Shown: piece after piece, positions 51,647 to 61,770 of the stretch
How the letters are laid out: each line of letters starts with the position of its first letter
Numbering within the stretch: the first letter of the stretch is position 1
Assembly (NCBI GenBank): GCA_965223005.1
Contig: CBDCVK010000010.1
Coordinates: 1,312,001-1,376,000 of the forward strand
Reading direction: 5' to 3'
Source: Terriglobia bacterium
Lineage (GTDB): Bacteria; Acidobacteriota; Terriglobia; JAJPHL01; JAPKYU01
Length of the DNA: 64,000 bases
Notes under the pieces: generated by a model
The model's input: only the letters and a program-made list of their open reading frames with translations
What the model was told of the DNA's origin: nothing
Databases searched by the model: none
Translations under genes and position numbers: made by a program

Positions 51647-51844
51647 TCAGGAAGCTCGCTCGGGCTTGTCATTCGCGCCGCGCGGTTCCTCAGGCTTGTC
51701 CTCACCACCGCGCAGGGCCTGCTTGAAGTTCTTGATGCCCTCGCCAATCCCCTTACCAAGTTCGGGAAGCTTGCGGCCGCCGAAGATCAGCACGGCGATC
51801 CCGAGGATCACCATCAGTTCGGGTAAGCCAATGCGGAACGGCAC
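51647..51844 (-). CDS. tatA: Twin-arginine translocase TatA/E
   Basis: IGLPEL...[23 protein letters not shown]. Confidence 0.95.
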   Translation of the reverse strand: MPFRIGLPELMVILGIAVLIFGGRKLPELGKGIGEGIKNFKQALRGGEDKPEEPRGANDKPERAS

Positions 51845-51909
51845 AATTTACCTCCTTTCTGTATTGTATCGCAGAAAGCTGCGGTACAAGCCCGAATCCT
51901 GTGAAAACG

Positions 51910-51995
51910 AGTAGGTAGTAGGCCGAGCGTCGGTGAGCGCTAGGGAGCAGTTAGCAGGTACTGCTTACTGCTTACTGCCTACTGCCAACTGCCTC
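51910..51995. repeat. Heptamer tandem repeat with an imperfect inverted partner
   Basis: TACTGCT x2, TACTGCC x2 and AACTGCC at 51959-51993; upstream GTAGGTAGTAGG and GCAGTTAGCAGG. Confidence 0.75.
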
Positions 51996-52001
51996 CTGGG
52001 T

Positions 52002-53624
52002 TTAGCGGTCCCGGACCAGCGCCAGGCAGATGCGGTCAATCAACCGGGTGATCCGGCGACCGCGCACCTTATGGTTGTTGACCATGATGGAGAATGCCAG
52101 GCGCTCTCCGCTCTGAGTGGTGGCATAGCCAGACAGCACAGTGACATGCCCTAGCATGCCGGTCTTGGCCAGCACGCGGCCCGTCGCGACAGTGTTACGC
52201 AAGCGCCGCTTGAGTGTGCCGTCCACGCCAGCAACTGGAAGCAGGTCCAGCCAGGTATCCCGGAATCTCCGGCGGTCCATGTGCTGGAGTAGTGCCACAA
52301 CGGCGCCGGGCGTCACCAGGTTCCGACGAGAAAGGCCTGACCCATCGAAGAACAGATACTCGTCCTTGGGAACGCCCGCCTGGTCCAGAAACTCCTTGAG
52401 TTCTTCCATTCCGGCAGCCACGCTGCCGATGCCACGCCGCTCGCGGGCGACTGTCCGCAGCAATATTTCGGCGTGCAGGTTTTGGCTGACCTTGTTGACC
52501 ACCTTCAAGTCTTCCACCAGAGGAAGCGACTGGTGGCTGGCCAGCACCCGGCGACTGGGCTCTTCCATCGAGTTCGGGAGCTCGTCGACGGTCTTCAAAT
52601 CCTCAAACTCGGAGGGGTGCGCGTGCCGGACACGCACCTGTCCATCAACCACAACACCGCGCTGCCGCAGGGCTGCGTGCAGGTACTTGCCGGCAAACAG
52701 TGCCGGATCCTCCAGCGCCACCTCTTCGCGGGCTCTCCGGCCGCGAATCGGAATGCGCCCCCAAAGCTTCAACGTGTAACTGCCCGGCTCTCGGCGGACG
52801 GAGATACGGCGCGTCGCGCCGCCACCGCCAGCCTTGGAGGCCGAGCGCGCCCGGGCCGGTCGTCGCCCACGCCGTAGCACGGTGATCACCCGATTCTCGA
52901 TGCGGTAGTAGTCCTGGTTGGGCTCCAGATTGATCAGTGCCGGGTCCCCTGCCCTCTCACCCGGCAGCACCTCTACGACCAGGACGTTGTCGTTCACGCT
53001 GAGCGCCGAGACCGGCGCGCCATAGGACCACAGCAGATCGTCGTAGGTCCAGCCTTCCCCATAGCGCTCGAAGACGAAGTAAGTATCGTCGGCCACCAGG
53101 TCGCCACTCACACGGCGGATGCCGAGGTCGGCGACCTGCCCAGCCAGCTCGTCCAGCGCCCGAAGCGGCGGTCCTTCGCGCCGGGTCTGGCCTTCGTAAG
53201 GGAGGACGCGCGCGGAAAGGTTGGGGTCGCCGCGGCCCACCAGCCACAGGTCGCCTTCAATTCGCCCGTTCGCGTCAGGCGCTACCTCGCTTTCCACAGT
53301 GGTGTAGAAGCGGAACTGCGGCCCCAGGGTGGACAGTGCCAGCGCTGTGGTGAACAGCTTGTTGTTGGAGGCCGGAGTGAAGAACTTCTGCGCGTTGCGT
53401 TTGTAGAGGGTCTTGCCAGTCCTAAGGGAGACAACCTTGATGCCCCAGTGCGCGCGCCGGGCGTCGCGCTCCGCCAGAATCGATGCGATGTGTCGGCGGA
53501 GGCTGCTGGCCGCTGGGGGCGCCTTCGGCTTGGCTGGCGGCTTGGCAGGTCCGGCGGCTGCGGCCAGCATTGCCGCCACCAGCCACACAACCGGTAGATG
53601 TCGGCTCTTCCGATCGGCCCACAT
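52002..53624 (-). CDS. dacB: D-Ala-D-Ala carboxypeptidase/endopeptidase (PBP4, S13 family)
   Basis: PASNNK (SxxK), SQN (SxN), DGSGLSR and KTG. Confidence 0.93.
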   Translation of the reverse strand: MWADRKSRHLPVVWLVAAMLAAAAGPAKPPAKPKAPPAASSLRRHIASILAERDARRAHWGIKVVSLRTGKTLYKRNAQKFFTPASNNKLFTTALALSTLGPQFRFYTTVESEVAPDANGRIEGDLWLVGRGDPNLSARVLPYEGQTRREGPPLRALDELAGQVADLGIRRVSGDLVADDTYFVFERYGEGWTYDDLLWSYGAPVSALSVNDNVLVVEVLPGERAGDPALINLEPNQDYYRIENRVITVLRRGRRPARARSASKAGGGGATRRISVRREPGSYTLKLWGRIPIRGRRAREEVALEDPALFAGKYLHAALRQRGVVVDGQVRVRHAHPSEFEDLKTVDELPNSMEEPSRRVLASHQSLPLVEDLKVVNKVSQNLHAEILLRTVARERRGIGSVAAGMEELKEFLDQAGVPKDEYLFFDGSGLSRRNLVTPGAVVALLQHMDRRRFRDTWLDLLPVAGVDGTLKRRLRNTVATGRVLAKTGMLGHVTVLSGYATTQSGERLAFSIMVNNHKVRGRRITRLIDRICLALVRDR

Positions 53625-53634
53625 TGCTAGACCT

Positions 53635-54603
53635 TCAGAGCAGCTTGGCCGCTTCCTTGGCGAAGTAGGTCAGGACAATATCCGCGCCGGCGCGCCGGAT
53701 GGCCACCAGCGACTCCATCATTGCGCGCTCGCAGTCGATCCACCCGAGCCGTCCTGCCGCCAGGATCATGGAATACTCGCCGCTGACTTGATACGCCGCC
53801 ACCGGCACTCGAAACTCCTGGCGGACGCGGTAGATCACGTCCAGATAGGGCATCGCCGGTTTGACCATGACCATGTCGGCGCCTTCCTCAATGTCCAGCG
53901 CCACCTCGCGCAGTGCTTCCCGTTCGTTGGCCGGATCCATCTGGTAAGAGCGGCGGTCGCTGAACTGTGGCGCCGAATCGGCGGCCTCGCGGAAAGGGCC
54001 ATAGAACACCGAGGCGTACTTGGCGGCATAGGAAAGAATTGCGACCTGGCTGAAGCCCGCCGCGTCCAGGGCGCTGCGAACGGAGGCGACGCGGCCATCC
54101 ATCATGTCCGAGGGCGCTACGATGTCGGCACCGGCGCGCGCCTGCGACACCGCGGTCCGCGCCAGTAACTCCAGGGTAGTGTCGTTGTCCACGTCGCCGT
54201 CCCGGACGCGCCCGCAGTGTCCGTGGCTGGTGTACTCGCAGAGGCACACATCGGTTATCACCAGCAGTTCGGGAACCGCCCGCTTGATGGTCTCCACCCC
54301 CCGCTGCACGATCCCGTCGTCCTGGTAGGCGCCCGAACCTTCCTCGTCCTTGCTCTCCGGCAGGCCGAACAGCAGCACCGCCGGGATGCCCAGGTCGGCC
54401 ACTTCCCGGCACTCCTCGGCAAGGCGATCCACCGAGAGGTGGTATTGGTTCGGCATGGAGCGAATCTCCTGTCGCACTCCGCTGCCCGGGCAAATAAACA
54501 GTGGATAGACCAGATTGCGCTGCGACAGCCGGGTCTCCCGCACGAAGGCGCGCAGCAGTTCGCTGCGCCGCAGACGACGGGGCCGCGTGGTGGGAAACGC
54601 CAT
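53635..54603 (-). CDS. hemB: Porphobilinogen synthase
   Basis: [25 protein letters not shown] and AYQVSGEY. Confidence 0.98.
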   Translation of the reverse strand: MAFPTTRPRRLRRSELLRAFVRETRLSQRNLVYPLFICPGSGVRQEIRSMPNQYHLSVDRLAEECREVADLGIPAVLLFGLPESKDEEGSGAYQDDGIVQRGVETIKRAVPELLVITDVCLCEYTSHGHCGRVRDGDVDNDTTLELLARTAVSQARAGADIVAPSDMMDGRVASVRSALDAAGFSQVAILSYAAKYASVFYGPFREAADSAPQFSDRRSYQMDPANEREALREVALDIEEGADMVMVKPAMPYLDVIYRVRQEFRVPVAAYQVSGEYSMILAAGRLGWIDCERAMMESLVAIRRAGADIVLTYFAKEAAKLL

Positions 54604-54643
54604 CTCAAAGATGATACCACGCGGCGGTTGCGGCCCCAGATCC

Positions 54644-54679
54644 CTGTGCTACAGGCCGTGATACAAGCTGTGCTACAAG
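54644..54679. repeat. Three 12-bp tandem units in the hemB/GGCT divergent spacer
   Basis: CTGTGCTACAGG / CCGTGATACAAG / CTGTGCTACAAG. Confidence 0.8.
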
Positions 54680-54702
54680 AGAGGGCGGGCACGAACCGCC
54701 GG

Positions 54703-55029
54703 ATGCTCTCCCATCTGTTCGTCTATGGCACACTGCGACGCGGCCAGCCGCTGCACCATGAGCTTGTGCGGGCGCGGGCCGAGTTCGTGGGCTGCGCTCG
54801 AATGTCCGGCCGGCTCTACGACCTCGGCCGATATCCAGGCGCTTTGGCCACCGGCGACCAAGTAATTCCCGGCGAGCTCTACCGCCTGCCGGAGCCAGAA
54901 CGGGCGTTGAGGCACCTGGACACGGTGGAAGGCAGGCAGTTCCACCGGGCCACGGTGCAGGTCACGCTCGATAATGGGGAACTGAAGCAAGCGTGGGTCT
55001 ATTTGCTCAAACGGCCACCGCCCGGCTGA
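54703..55029 (+). CDS. Gamma-glutamylcyclotransferase family protein
   Basis: LFVYGTLR, YPGA, GELY, LDTVEG and AWVY. Confidence 0.9.
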   Translation: MLSHLFVYGTLRRGQPLHHELVRARAEFVGCARMSGRLYDLGRYPGALATGDQVIPGELYRLPEPERALRHLDTVEGRQFHRATVQVTLDNGELKQAWVYLLKRPPPG

Positions 55030-55136
55030 AGCCGGCAACACCTGGTTCAGGTTTCAGCGGCTGCTCTGCTATACTCCGATTTCCCGTGGAGGCCCTGCCT
55101 CTCGGTCCCTTCAGGGTCTTGTCATCAGACGAATCT

Positions 55137-55850
55137 ATGGACTCACAGCCACAAGCCCCACCGCAGCCGGAGTTGCTGAGCCGGGCTTCCGCGGAGCAGA
55201 TGGCGGAATTATTGAAGGTTCTGGGGGACCCACACTTGCTGCTGGAGGCCGGGCTGCGGCTGGCGATGCAAGTGGTAAGCGCGAAGCGAGGCTTGGCATT
55301 CGACACGGCAGGCCGGATGGCTAGCGCCGGCATGACTCCGAAGGAGGCGGAAACGATCCGGCAGGAAAGGCTGGGCCAGCTGTTGGTGGGGGCTGGCGTG
55401 CGCTGCTACTCGGGTCCCGGGTTCGCCGACCCCGTTGCTGAGGGCGTGGCAGCGGTGGCGGGCATGGCGGGGGTTATCGGCGCCCCAGGCGGCGCCTCCG
55501 TGGTGGCGGTCGAACGCGACCAGCGGCCCTTTGATCCTACCGACCAGCAGGTTATGGCCGAGATGCTGCACCTTCTCGCGCACCCCTTCGAGCAAACTGC
55601 AGCAGCGACTCGCTTTCGCCGAGACGGCAAGCCGGGCCCAAACGGCGAGCCTGAGGCCCGCAAACTCAGCCCGGCGGAACTTCCTCTGGACAGGCTCGAA
55701 CCCTTTCCGCTACTGCAGGAAATGGAGCGGCTGCTGATTCGGGAGGCACTGAACCGTTGCGGCAATAACCGGACGCGGGCGGCGGCCGCCCTGGGACTGA
55801 CCCGCGAAGGGCTCCGCAAGAAACTCAACCGCTACGAAATCGGCAGCTGA
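55137..55850 (+). CDS. Fis-type HTH protein with a GAF-like N-terminus
   Basis: ERLLIREALNRCGNNRTRAAAALGLTREGLRKKL; no Walker A or GAFTGA motif. Confidence 0.75.
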   Translation: MDSQPQAPPQPELLSRASAEQMAELLKVLGDPHLLLEAGLRLAMQVVSAKRGLAFDTAGRMASAGMTPKEAETIRQERLGQLLVGAGVRCYSGPGFADPVAEGVAAVAGMAGVIGAPGGASVVAVERDQRPFDPTDQQVMAEMLHLLAHPFEQTAAATRFRRDGKPGPNGEPEARKLSPAELPLDRLEPFPLLQEMERLLIREALNRCGNNRTRAAAALGLTREGLRKKLNRYEIGS

Positions 55851-56167
55851 AATTGCTGCCGGAGCCGGTCACCATAGATTTCAGCAAAGTATAATTCCTA
55901 ACGGAAGCCTACCTTCCGCCGCACCCTGGAGTTGGGCGGCGAAGAGAAACCGGTTCGAATGAAGCGCAGTTCCCTGATTGAATATTTCGCGAAGCGCGGG
56001 TGGCCTCGGCAGCAGCTTCATGAAGGCCTCGAAGTCCTATCTCCAACCAACTGCTGGGAAACAGCTTAATTGCCCCCATGCCGGTGGCAGCTCGGTAAGC
56101 TCTTCGAGCGAAAGAACTGCGAGTGTTCGCAAGCCGTTCTGAGGGTCCGGGCAGCCCTATCCCAACC

Positions 56168-56710
56168 TTACTTGAACCCGCGGCGCCGCTGCTCGCTGTA
56201 GCGGCGCAGGGCGTCCTCCATGATGGGATAGGCCTTCGCGGCCGGTTGGATCTCATCCACTTCCACCGCCTTTCCTTCCAGTTGCTTGTAGTCCTGGAAG
56301 AAGCGGCGAAGCATCATGAGCCGGTGGGACGGCATCTCGCTGGCTTCCCGGAAGGAGGTGAACTCCGGGTCCTGGGTAGCCACGCCGATAATCTTGTGGT
56401 CCTTCTTGCCGGCGTCGATCATGGTCATCAACCCAATGGTGCGCGTGTGAATGATGGTGAGGGGCACGACCGTTTCCTGGCAGAGCACCAGCACGTCCAG
56501 CGGGTCATCGTCCTCCGCAAGCGTCTGGGGAATGAATCCATAGTTGGCGGGATAGTAGACGGCCGAATACAGCACACGGTCGAGTTTGATCAGGCCGCTC
56601 TGCTTGTCCAACTCGTATTTGACGCTCGAGCCGGAAGGGATTTCGATGACGCTCAGGAACTCCTGAGGGATATTCTCACCGGGCGTGATGTCATGCCAGG
56701 GATGAATCAT
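56168..56710 (-). CDS. ppa: Inorganic pyrophosphatase (family I)
   Basis: [15 protein letters not shown] and DDDPLDVLV. Confidence 0.97.
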   Translation of the reverse strand: MIHPWHDITPGENIPQEFLSVIEIPSGSSVKYELDKQSGLIKLDRVLYSAVYYPANYGFIPQTLAEDDDPLDVLVLCQETVVPLTIIHTRTIGLMTMIDAGKKDHKIIGVATQDPEFTSFREASEMPSHRLMMLRRFFQDYKQLEGKAVEVDEIQPAAKAYPIMEDALRRYSEQRRRGFK

Positions 56711-56837
56711 GCTGAGGTCCACTCCTCGTAGCTCGGGTGCACATGCCGCGGAGCATTCGGTACGGCCGAGCGCAATTCCAGGGCGACCTTTCCCCGTACC
56801 ACCTGGCGCCCCGGGCCCTCGACTCGCGGCCACGCGA

Positions 56838-57224
56838 TCATGCGGCGATTCTCCTCCGCCGAAATCTCAGTCCGTGCAGCCCTCTCAGGCCGTACAGCCC
56901 AAGGATAAACGCACAAAAGCCTGCCGCGCTCCAGGCCAGCAGTCGCTCGGAGACGTTCGGATACACCAGTGCCTCCAGGTAGTGGATGAGGAAAGACTCT
57001 TGGTACGGTTCCATTCCGGCGCGGCTCTGCGCCCACTGCTCCACCAGAGTTAACGGGCACCACCAGGGGCCCAGTTCAATCACAATACTATAGAGCAGCG
57101 ACAGGATGTGAAGCGCGCCCAGCCAGGGCCGGTTGCGGGTCAGCAGCCAGCCTAGCGCCACCCACACAATCCAGGCCAGATGCAGTGTCAGGACAGCCGC
57201 GGCCAATGCTAAGTAGAGATTCAC
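56838..57224 (-). CDS. DUF2784-like membrane protein
   Basis: HLAWI, LHI, CPLTLVE and FLIHYL...VYP. Confidence 0.75.
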   Translation of the reverse strand: MNLYLALAAAVLTLHLAWIVWVALGWLLTRNRPWLGALHILSLLYSIVIELGPWWCPLTLVEQWAQSRAGMEPYQESFLIHYLEALVYPNVSERLLAWSAAGFCAFILGLYGLRGLHGLRFRRRRIAA

Positions 57225-57311
57225 AGCAATGCGACACCCCTATTGTAACAGCCTGTACCGCAGGCGCCCGAAGCACAGTAGAATAGACGGCCGACACGCA
57301 GGAGGTTCCGA

Positions 57312-57725
57312 ATGGCCGACAAGACCCAACAGGACAAGACCAACAAGACTGATGCGGATTGGCGCGCCCAGCTCACCCCCGAGCAGTACCACGTGACCCG
57401 CCAGAAGGGCACCGAGCCGCCGTTTACCGGCGAGTACTGCGACGCCAAGGACCAGGGCACCTATGCTTGCGTCTGCTGCGGCCAGCCGCTGTTCAGCTCC
57501 GAGACGAAGTTCGATTCGGGCACGGGCTGGCCCAGCTTCTATGCGCCGCTGGAGGGGGACAACGTCGCTGCCCACCCGGACAACAGCCTTGGCATGGCGC
57601 GCACTGAGGTGACCTGCGCCCGTTGCGACGCGCACCTGGGACACGTCTTTGAGGATGGTCCTCGCCCTACCGGTCTGCGCTACTGCATCAACTCAGCCGC
57701 CCTCGACCTGAACCAGAAGGAGTGA
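57312..57725 (+). CDS. msrB: Methionine-R-sulfoxide reductase
   Basis: [22 protein letters not shown] and RYCINS; two CxxC motifs. Confidence 0.97.
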   Translation: MADKTQQDKTNKTDADWRAQLTPEQYHVTRQKGTEPPFTGEYCDAKDQGTYACVCCGQPLFSSETKFDSGTGWPSFYAPLEGDNVAAHPDNSLGMARTEVTCARCDAHLGHVFEDGPRPTGLRYCINSAALDLNQKE

Positions 57726-57834
57726 CGACGGTGAGATTGTAGCGCCCGGCCTTGGGCCGGTCCCATGACGGTTGCCGTCAGGGAGAGGCGGTGCTACGGC
57801 AGGGGCAGGGCTCACTCGAACTGCCGATTTGCGT

Positions 57835-59151
57835 TCAGACCAGTTCGTGGATCGGCACACCGGTCTTGTCGTCAATGGAGTTGGCGATCTTAACCGGACG
57901 CCCGATGGGCGTCATGTAGGTTTTCTCCCAGTCAATGCCGAAGGCCTTGTAGACCGTCGCGTAAACATCGCCCATGGTGACCATGCGGTCGGCCACGTAC
58001 GCGGCTCGTTCATCGCTGGCTCCGATGACCTGCCCACCCCGAATCCCGCCGCCGCCCAACACCAGAGACCAGCATTCCGGCCAGTGGTCCCGGCCGTGGT
58101 TGGGGTTGATTTGGGGCGTGCGGCCAAACTCGCCCGTCGCGATGACGATGGTGGATTCCAGCAAGCCGCGTTGCTCAAGGTCATCCAGTAGCGTCGAAAG
58201 AGTCTGGTCCAGGCTGGGCGCGAGCGTGTCGCGGTGGCGTTTGTTGTTATCGGCGTGCGTGTCCCATTCGATGTGCTTGTACCCGGCCGCAGTCACAAAG
58301 CGGGCGCCGGCCTCGACTAGGCGTCGCGCCAGCAGCGTGCCCTGTCCGAACGGATTGCGGCCGTAAGCGTCCTTGAGCTTCTCCGGCTCTTTGGACATGT
58401 CGAAGGCTTCCTTTACCTTTGGGGAAAGAAGCATTTTCCAGGCCGCATCGGTGAAGCGGTCCATCTTGGCGTACTCCGCTTCCTCGAACTTCTCGCGATA
58501 CATCCGGTCCACGACCTTCAAAGCCGAAAGCCGGTCCTCGATCACTCGCTCGGAAATCGACTTGGGCAGGCTCAGATCGGGCACCGCAAAGTCGGGACGG
58601 CTGGGGTTGGGAACCACCATCGGCTCGTACTTCGGGCCGAGATAGAAGGCCTTGAAGAACCGCTCCAGGTCCAGGCGATCGGTCACCACGTACGGAGGGA
58701 TCTCATTGCGCGGGCTCATTTCCCGGGCAATGATCGAGCCAATCGAGGGGAACTGCAAAGCCGGGATGGGCCGGTGCCCGGTGAGCAAATAGTGGGTGGC
58801 CTGGGGATGGTTGTTTTCTTCCGTGTGCATCGAGCGAATGATCGCCAGCTTATCCATGCGGCGCGACATCTTCGGCAACAACTCCGAAATCTGGATGCCC
58901 GGCACATTGGTGGAGATCGGCTTGAACGCGCTGTTGCCGGTAAGCTTAGGATCCCAGGTGTCGATCTGGCTTGGCCCACCCTCCAGCCACAGCATGATGC
59001 AGGCCTGGGCCTTGCCGTTGGGCGCCAGGTTTTCCGCGGCCATCAGGTAGTCGCGCAGACTGATCCCCAGAAAGCTCAGCGCGCCGACGCGCATAAAATC
59101 CCGGCGTCCGATGCCCGGTTCCAAACATCCCATCCAGTCCGTATTGCTCAT
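57835..59151 (-). CDS. DUF1501 protein with a Tat-like RRDF motif
   Basis: LWLEGGPSQIDTWDPK, ARRLVEAG, WDTH, GEFGRTP and GRDHW. Confidence 0.92.
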   Translation of the reverse strand: MSNTDWMGCLEPGIGRRDFMRVGALSFLGISLRDYLMAAENLAPNGKAQACIMLWLEGGPSQIDTWDPKLTGNSAFKPISTNVPGIQISELLPKMSRRMDKLAIIRSMHTEENNHPQATHYLLTGHRPIPALQFPSIGSIIAREMSPRNEIPPYVVTDRLDLERFFKAFYLGPKYEPMVVPNPSRPDFAVPDLSLPKSISERVIEDRLSALKVVDRMYREKFEEAEYAKMDRFTDAAWKMLLSPKVKEAFDMSKEPEKLKDAYGRNPFGQGTLLARRLVEAGARFVTAAGYKHIEWDTHADNNKRHRDTLAPSLDQTLSTLLDDLEQRGLLESTIVIATGEFGRTPQINPNHGRDHWPECWSLVLGGGGIRGGQVIGASDERAAYVADRMVTMGDVYATVYKAFGIDWEKTYMTPIGRPVKIANSIDDKTGVPIHELV

Positions 59152-59170
59152 GGCGTTCTCCTGAATCTAC

Positions 59171-61739
59171 TCAGTGGTTGGTGACAAACTCTCTGGAGCT
59201 GATCAAGGCCCAGGCGATGCTTCGGATGGCCTCAGGCCGCGAAGCGCTGGTGCTGATCCGTTGCTGCAACTCCTTCTGTTCGGCATCCGAAGGAAGGCGC
59301 GACAAAGCAGCAAGGTAAAGCTCCTCGATGATCTTCGCGTCGGAGGATCCACTCTTCAACAGCCGGTCCATACGTCCGCCCTCTTTCAAAAGCTTCTCGG
59401 TGTAGGTGTTTCCGGCCAGCATGTGCAGGGCTTGTTGCATGTTGCTTTCGTTTCTTCTCTCCGGCACGGCCATCCGGTTCGGGCGGCCATACACTTCGAG
59501 GAACCGCGAGGGCAACATGTCGGTCTCTACTACATTAATCGCGCGAGACCCCGGAGGCAGCGCGCCCGGCAAACTTGAGAAGTCTGTCGCGAAGCGACGC
59601 AACGTCTCGGGAACCCCGGTGGCCGCGGAGATGGCATCGAGCAGCACTTCGGCGTCAAGCCGCCTGGGGACGAAGTGTGAGTAATTGATTCGGTCATCAG
59701 CGTTCGTCTCATTCGGCACGCTGGAGAGCTGATAGGTCCGGGAGTTGACGATGGTTCGCATCAGATGCTTGAGATCGTGGCCGCCCTCCTGGAAGTCCTG
59801 GGCGAGCGCTTCCAGAAGGTCCGGATGGGTTGGCGGATTCGTGGAGCGAAAATCATCCACCGGATCGACAATCCCTCTCCCGAAGAAGTACCCCCACGTG
59901 CGGTTGACGGAGGCTTCGGCGAAGTAAGGATGCGAGGTCATCCACTCGGCCAGTTTCCAGCGCAGGTCCGCACGCTTTGACTCCGGCAACTCGCGGCCGT
60001 CGAGGAAAGTCGGCTGGACCACCGCCTTGGTCTTCGGATGCGTCACGAACTTGCTCTTTCCCGTCTGGCCGTAGTCGACTTCCTGGCCGGCCGGATCGTC
60101 GTAGAGCACCGAACCGTGCAGATTGTAGTCCTGTGGACCAAACTTTACCGCATTCATCCGGCCGAAGAACGCAGTCAGGCCCCAAAACTGGTCCTGGCTC
60201 CAGGTCTCGAAGGGGTGATTGTGGCACTGCGCACAATCGAATCTCCGCCCCAGGAAGACGCGCACCTGCTCGCCCATCTTCTGCTCCGGGTTCCGCTCTT
60301 CTCCGGCAGGAAAGTAATGGGGGGCGGCGCCGCCGTAGCCCTGCGCGGCGATTCGCTCGCGGGCGATCCGGTCATACGGCTTGTTCGCGGCGATGCTCGC
60401 GCGAATCCATTTCCAATAATTATGTGCCGATCGCGGGTCAATCTGGTTCTTATACCGGCCCACGCGGAACACGTCGGCGAAACGGAACGTCCAGTAGTCG
60501 ATGAATTCCGGCGTGTTCATCAGAACTTCGACCACCTTCTGCCGTTTTCGCCGATCCTTGCTGGCCGCAAACTCGCGCACCCGCTCTGGCGGCGGCAAGA
60601 CCCCGGTCAGGTCCAGGCAGACGCGACGCAGGAACTCCGTATCACTGGAAAGCTTGGAAGGGATAATGTTGAACTTCTTCAGCTTGGCGAATACGTAGTC
60701 GTCGATGAAGTTGTTGTGCGGTACTTTCGGATACCGCGCGATCGGTTTGCCAATCACGCCGACGCTGGTGCTCGTCGCAAACCCTGCCGCGCGAACCATC
60801 ACGGAAGTTTCCCCCGTCCGCACCGCAGCCACCTGGCCTTGCTGATCCACCTTCACCACCTCGGAGTTGTTCGAGGCGTACAGAACCTGGTCGCTGATGT
60901 CCTCCTGTTGGCCATTCGAGAGGTGAGCGGTCACCAGCAGCCGGTGCTTACCTTCCGGAGCCAGCACCACTTCGCGAGGCTCCACCTCGACCCGCACCAC
61001 CCGCACGCCCTCCTTGTCGCCTTCCTCACCGAACGGCGCACCGTTCCGCACCCAGTTCAGGATCGTTTCGTAGTCAGCCGAGTTCGGACGCAACGGCTGC
61101 CCGCCTCCGTGCGAAACACCCATCGTCGCTTTCATCAACAGCAGGCTCTTCTCGGGCTCCTTCAGGTTGACCCGCGGGATTTGTTCACCCTTCTCCGTGG
61201 TCAGGACCTGGTACGTCCCCCCTTCCACAATCCACTGGTAGTCATCGCGGGCGTACAGCGCGTTCAGAGACAGCTTGAATCCGCCCTTTCCTTTCACACC
61301 CCCGTGACAGGAGCTGTCATTGCAGCCGCGCTTGGTAAGGATTCCGCCAATATCACGGGCGAAGCTGAACGGGCGGATCTCCTGCGAGCCCGCTACCCGA
61401 GCGTCGGTCTTGACCGACCGCCCTTCCAACGACGCCGTCAAGACTACGCTCCCGTCGGCCAGCGCCACTACTCGCCCCTCGGCATCCACCTTCGCCACCT
61501 CTGGAATCAGAAATCGAGAACCGGCTCTCGGCGGTCACGTCTCGCTCCAGACCATCGCTGTATTTCCCAATGACCAGGAAATGCTGGAACGCCTTCGCTC
61601 CCCACAGCGTTCGATCCTGCGGTATCAATCGCAAGGACCGCAGTTTGGGAGGGGCAGGCCCGGCCTGGGAAGCGCTCGACAGGCCCAGAACGGCCCCAAC
61701 CAACAGGACCGCCCATCGTCTTTTCTGTCCGCCCAACAT
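59171..61739 (-). pseudogene. DUF1549/DUF1553 protein with Ig-like domains, frameshifted near 61505
   Basis: Signal peptide in ORF 61353-61739 continues in another frame (59171-61498); FLRRVCLDL, CAQCHNHP and GRGIVDPVDD. Confidence 0.85.
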
Positions 61740-61770
61740 TGTGTTCCCTAGCGCCTCCTCAGCTCACCCG

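Noticed and set aside
36019-55029. GGCT plus oxoprolinase as a 5-oxoproline pathway cluster
   Set aside because: About 15 kb apart with unrelated genes between; substrate specificities cannot be read from the sequence.
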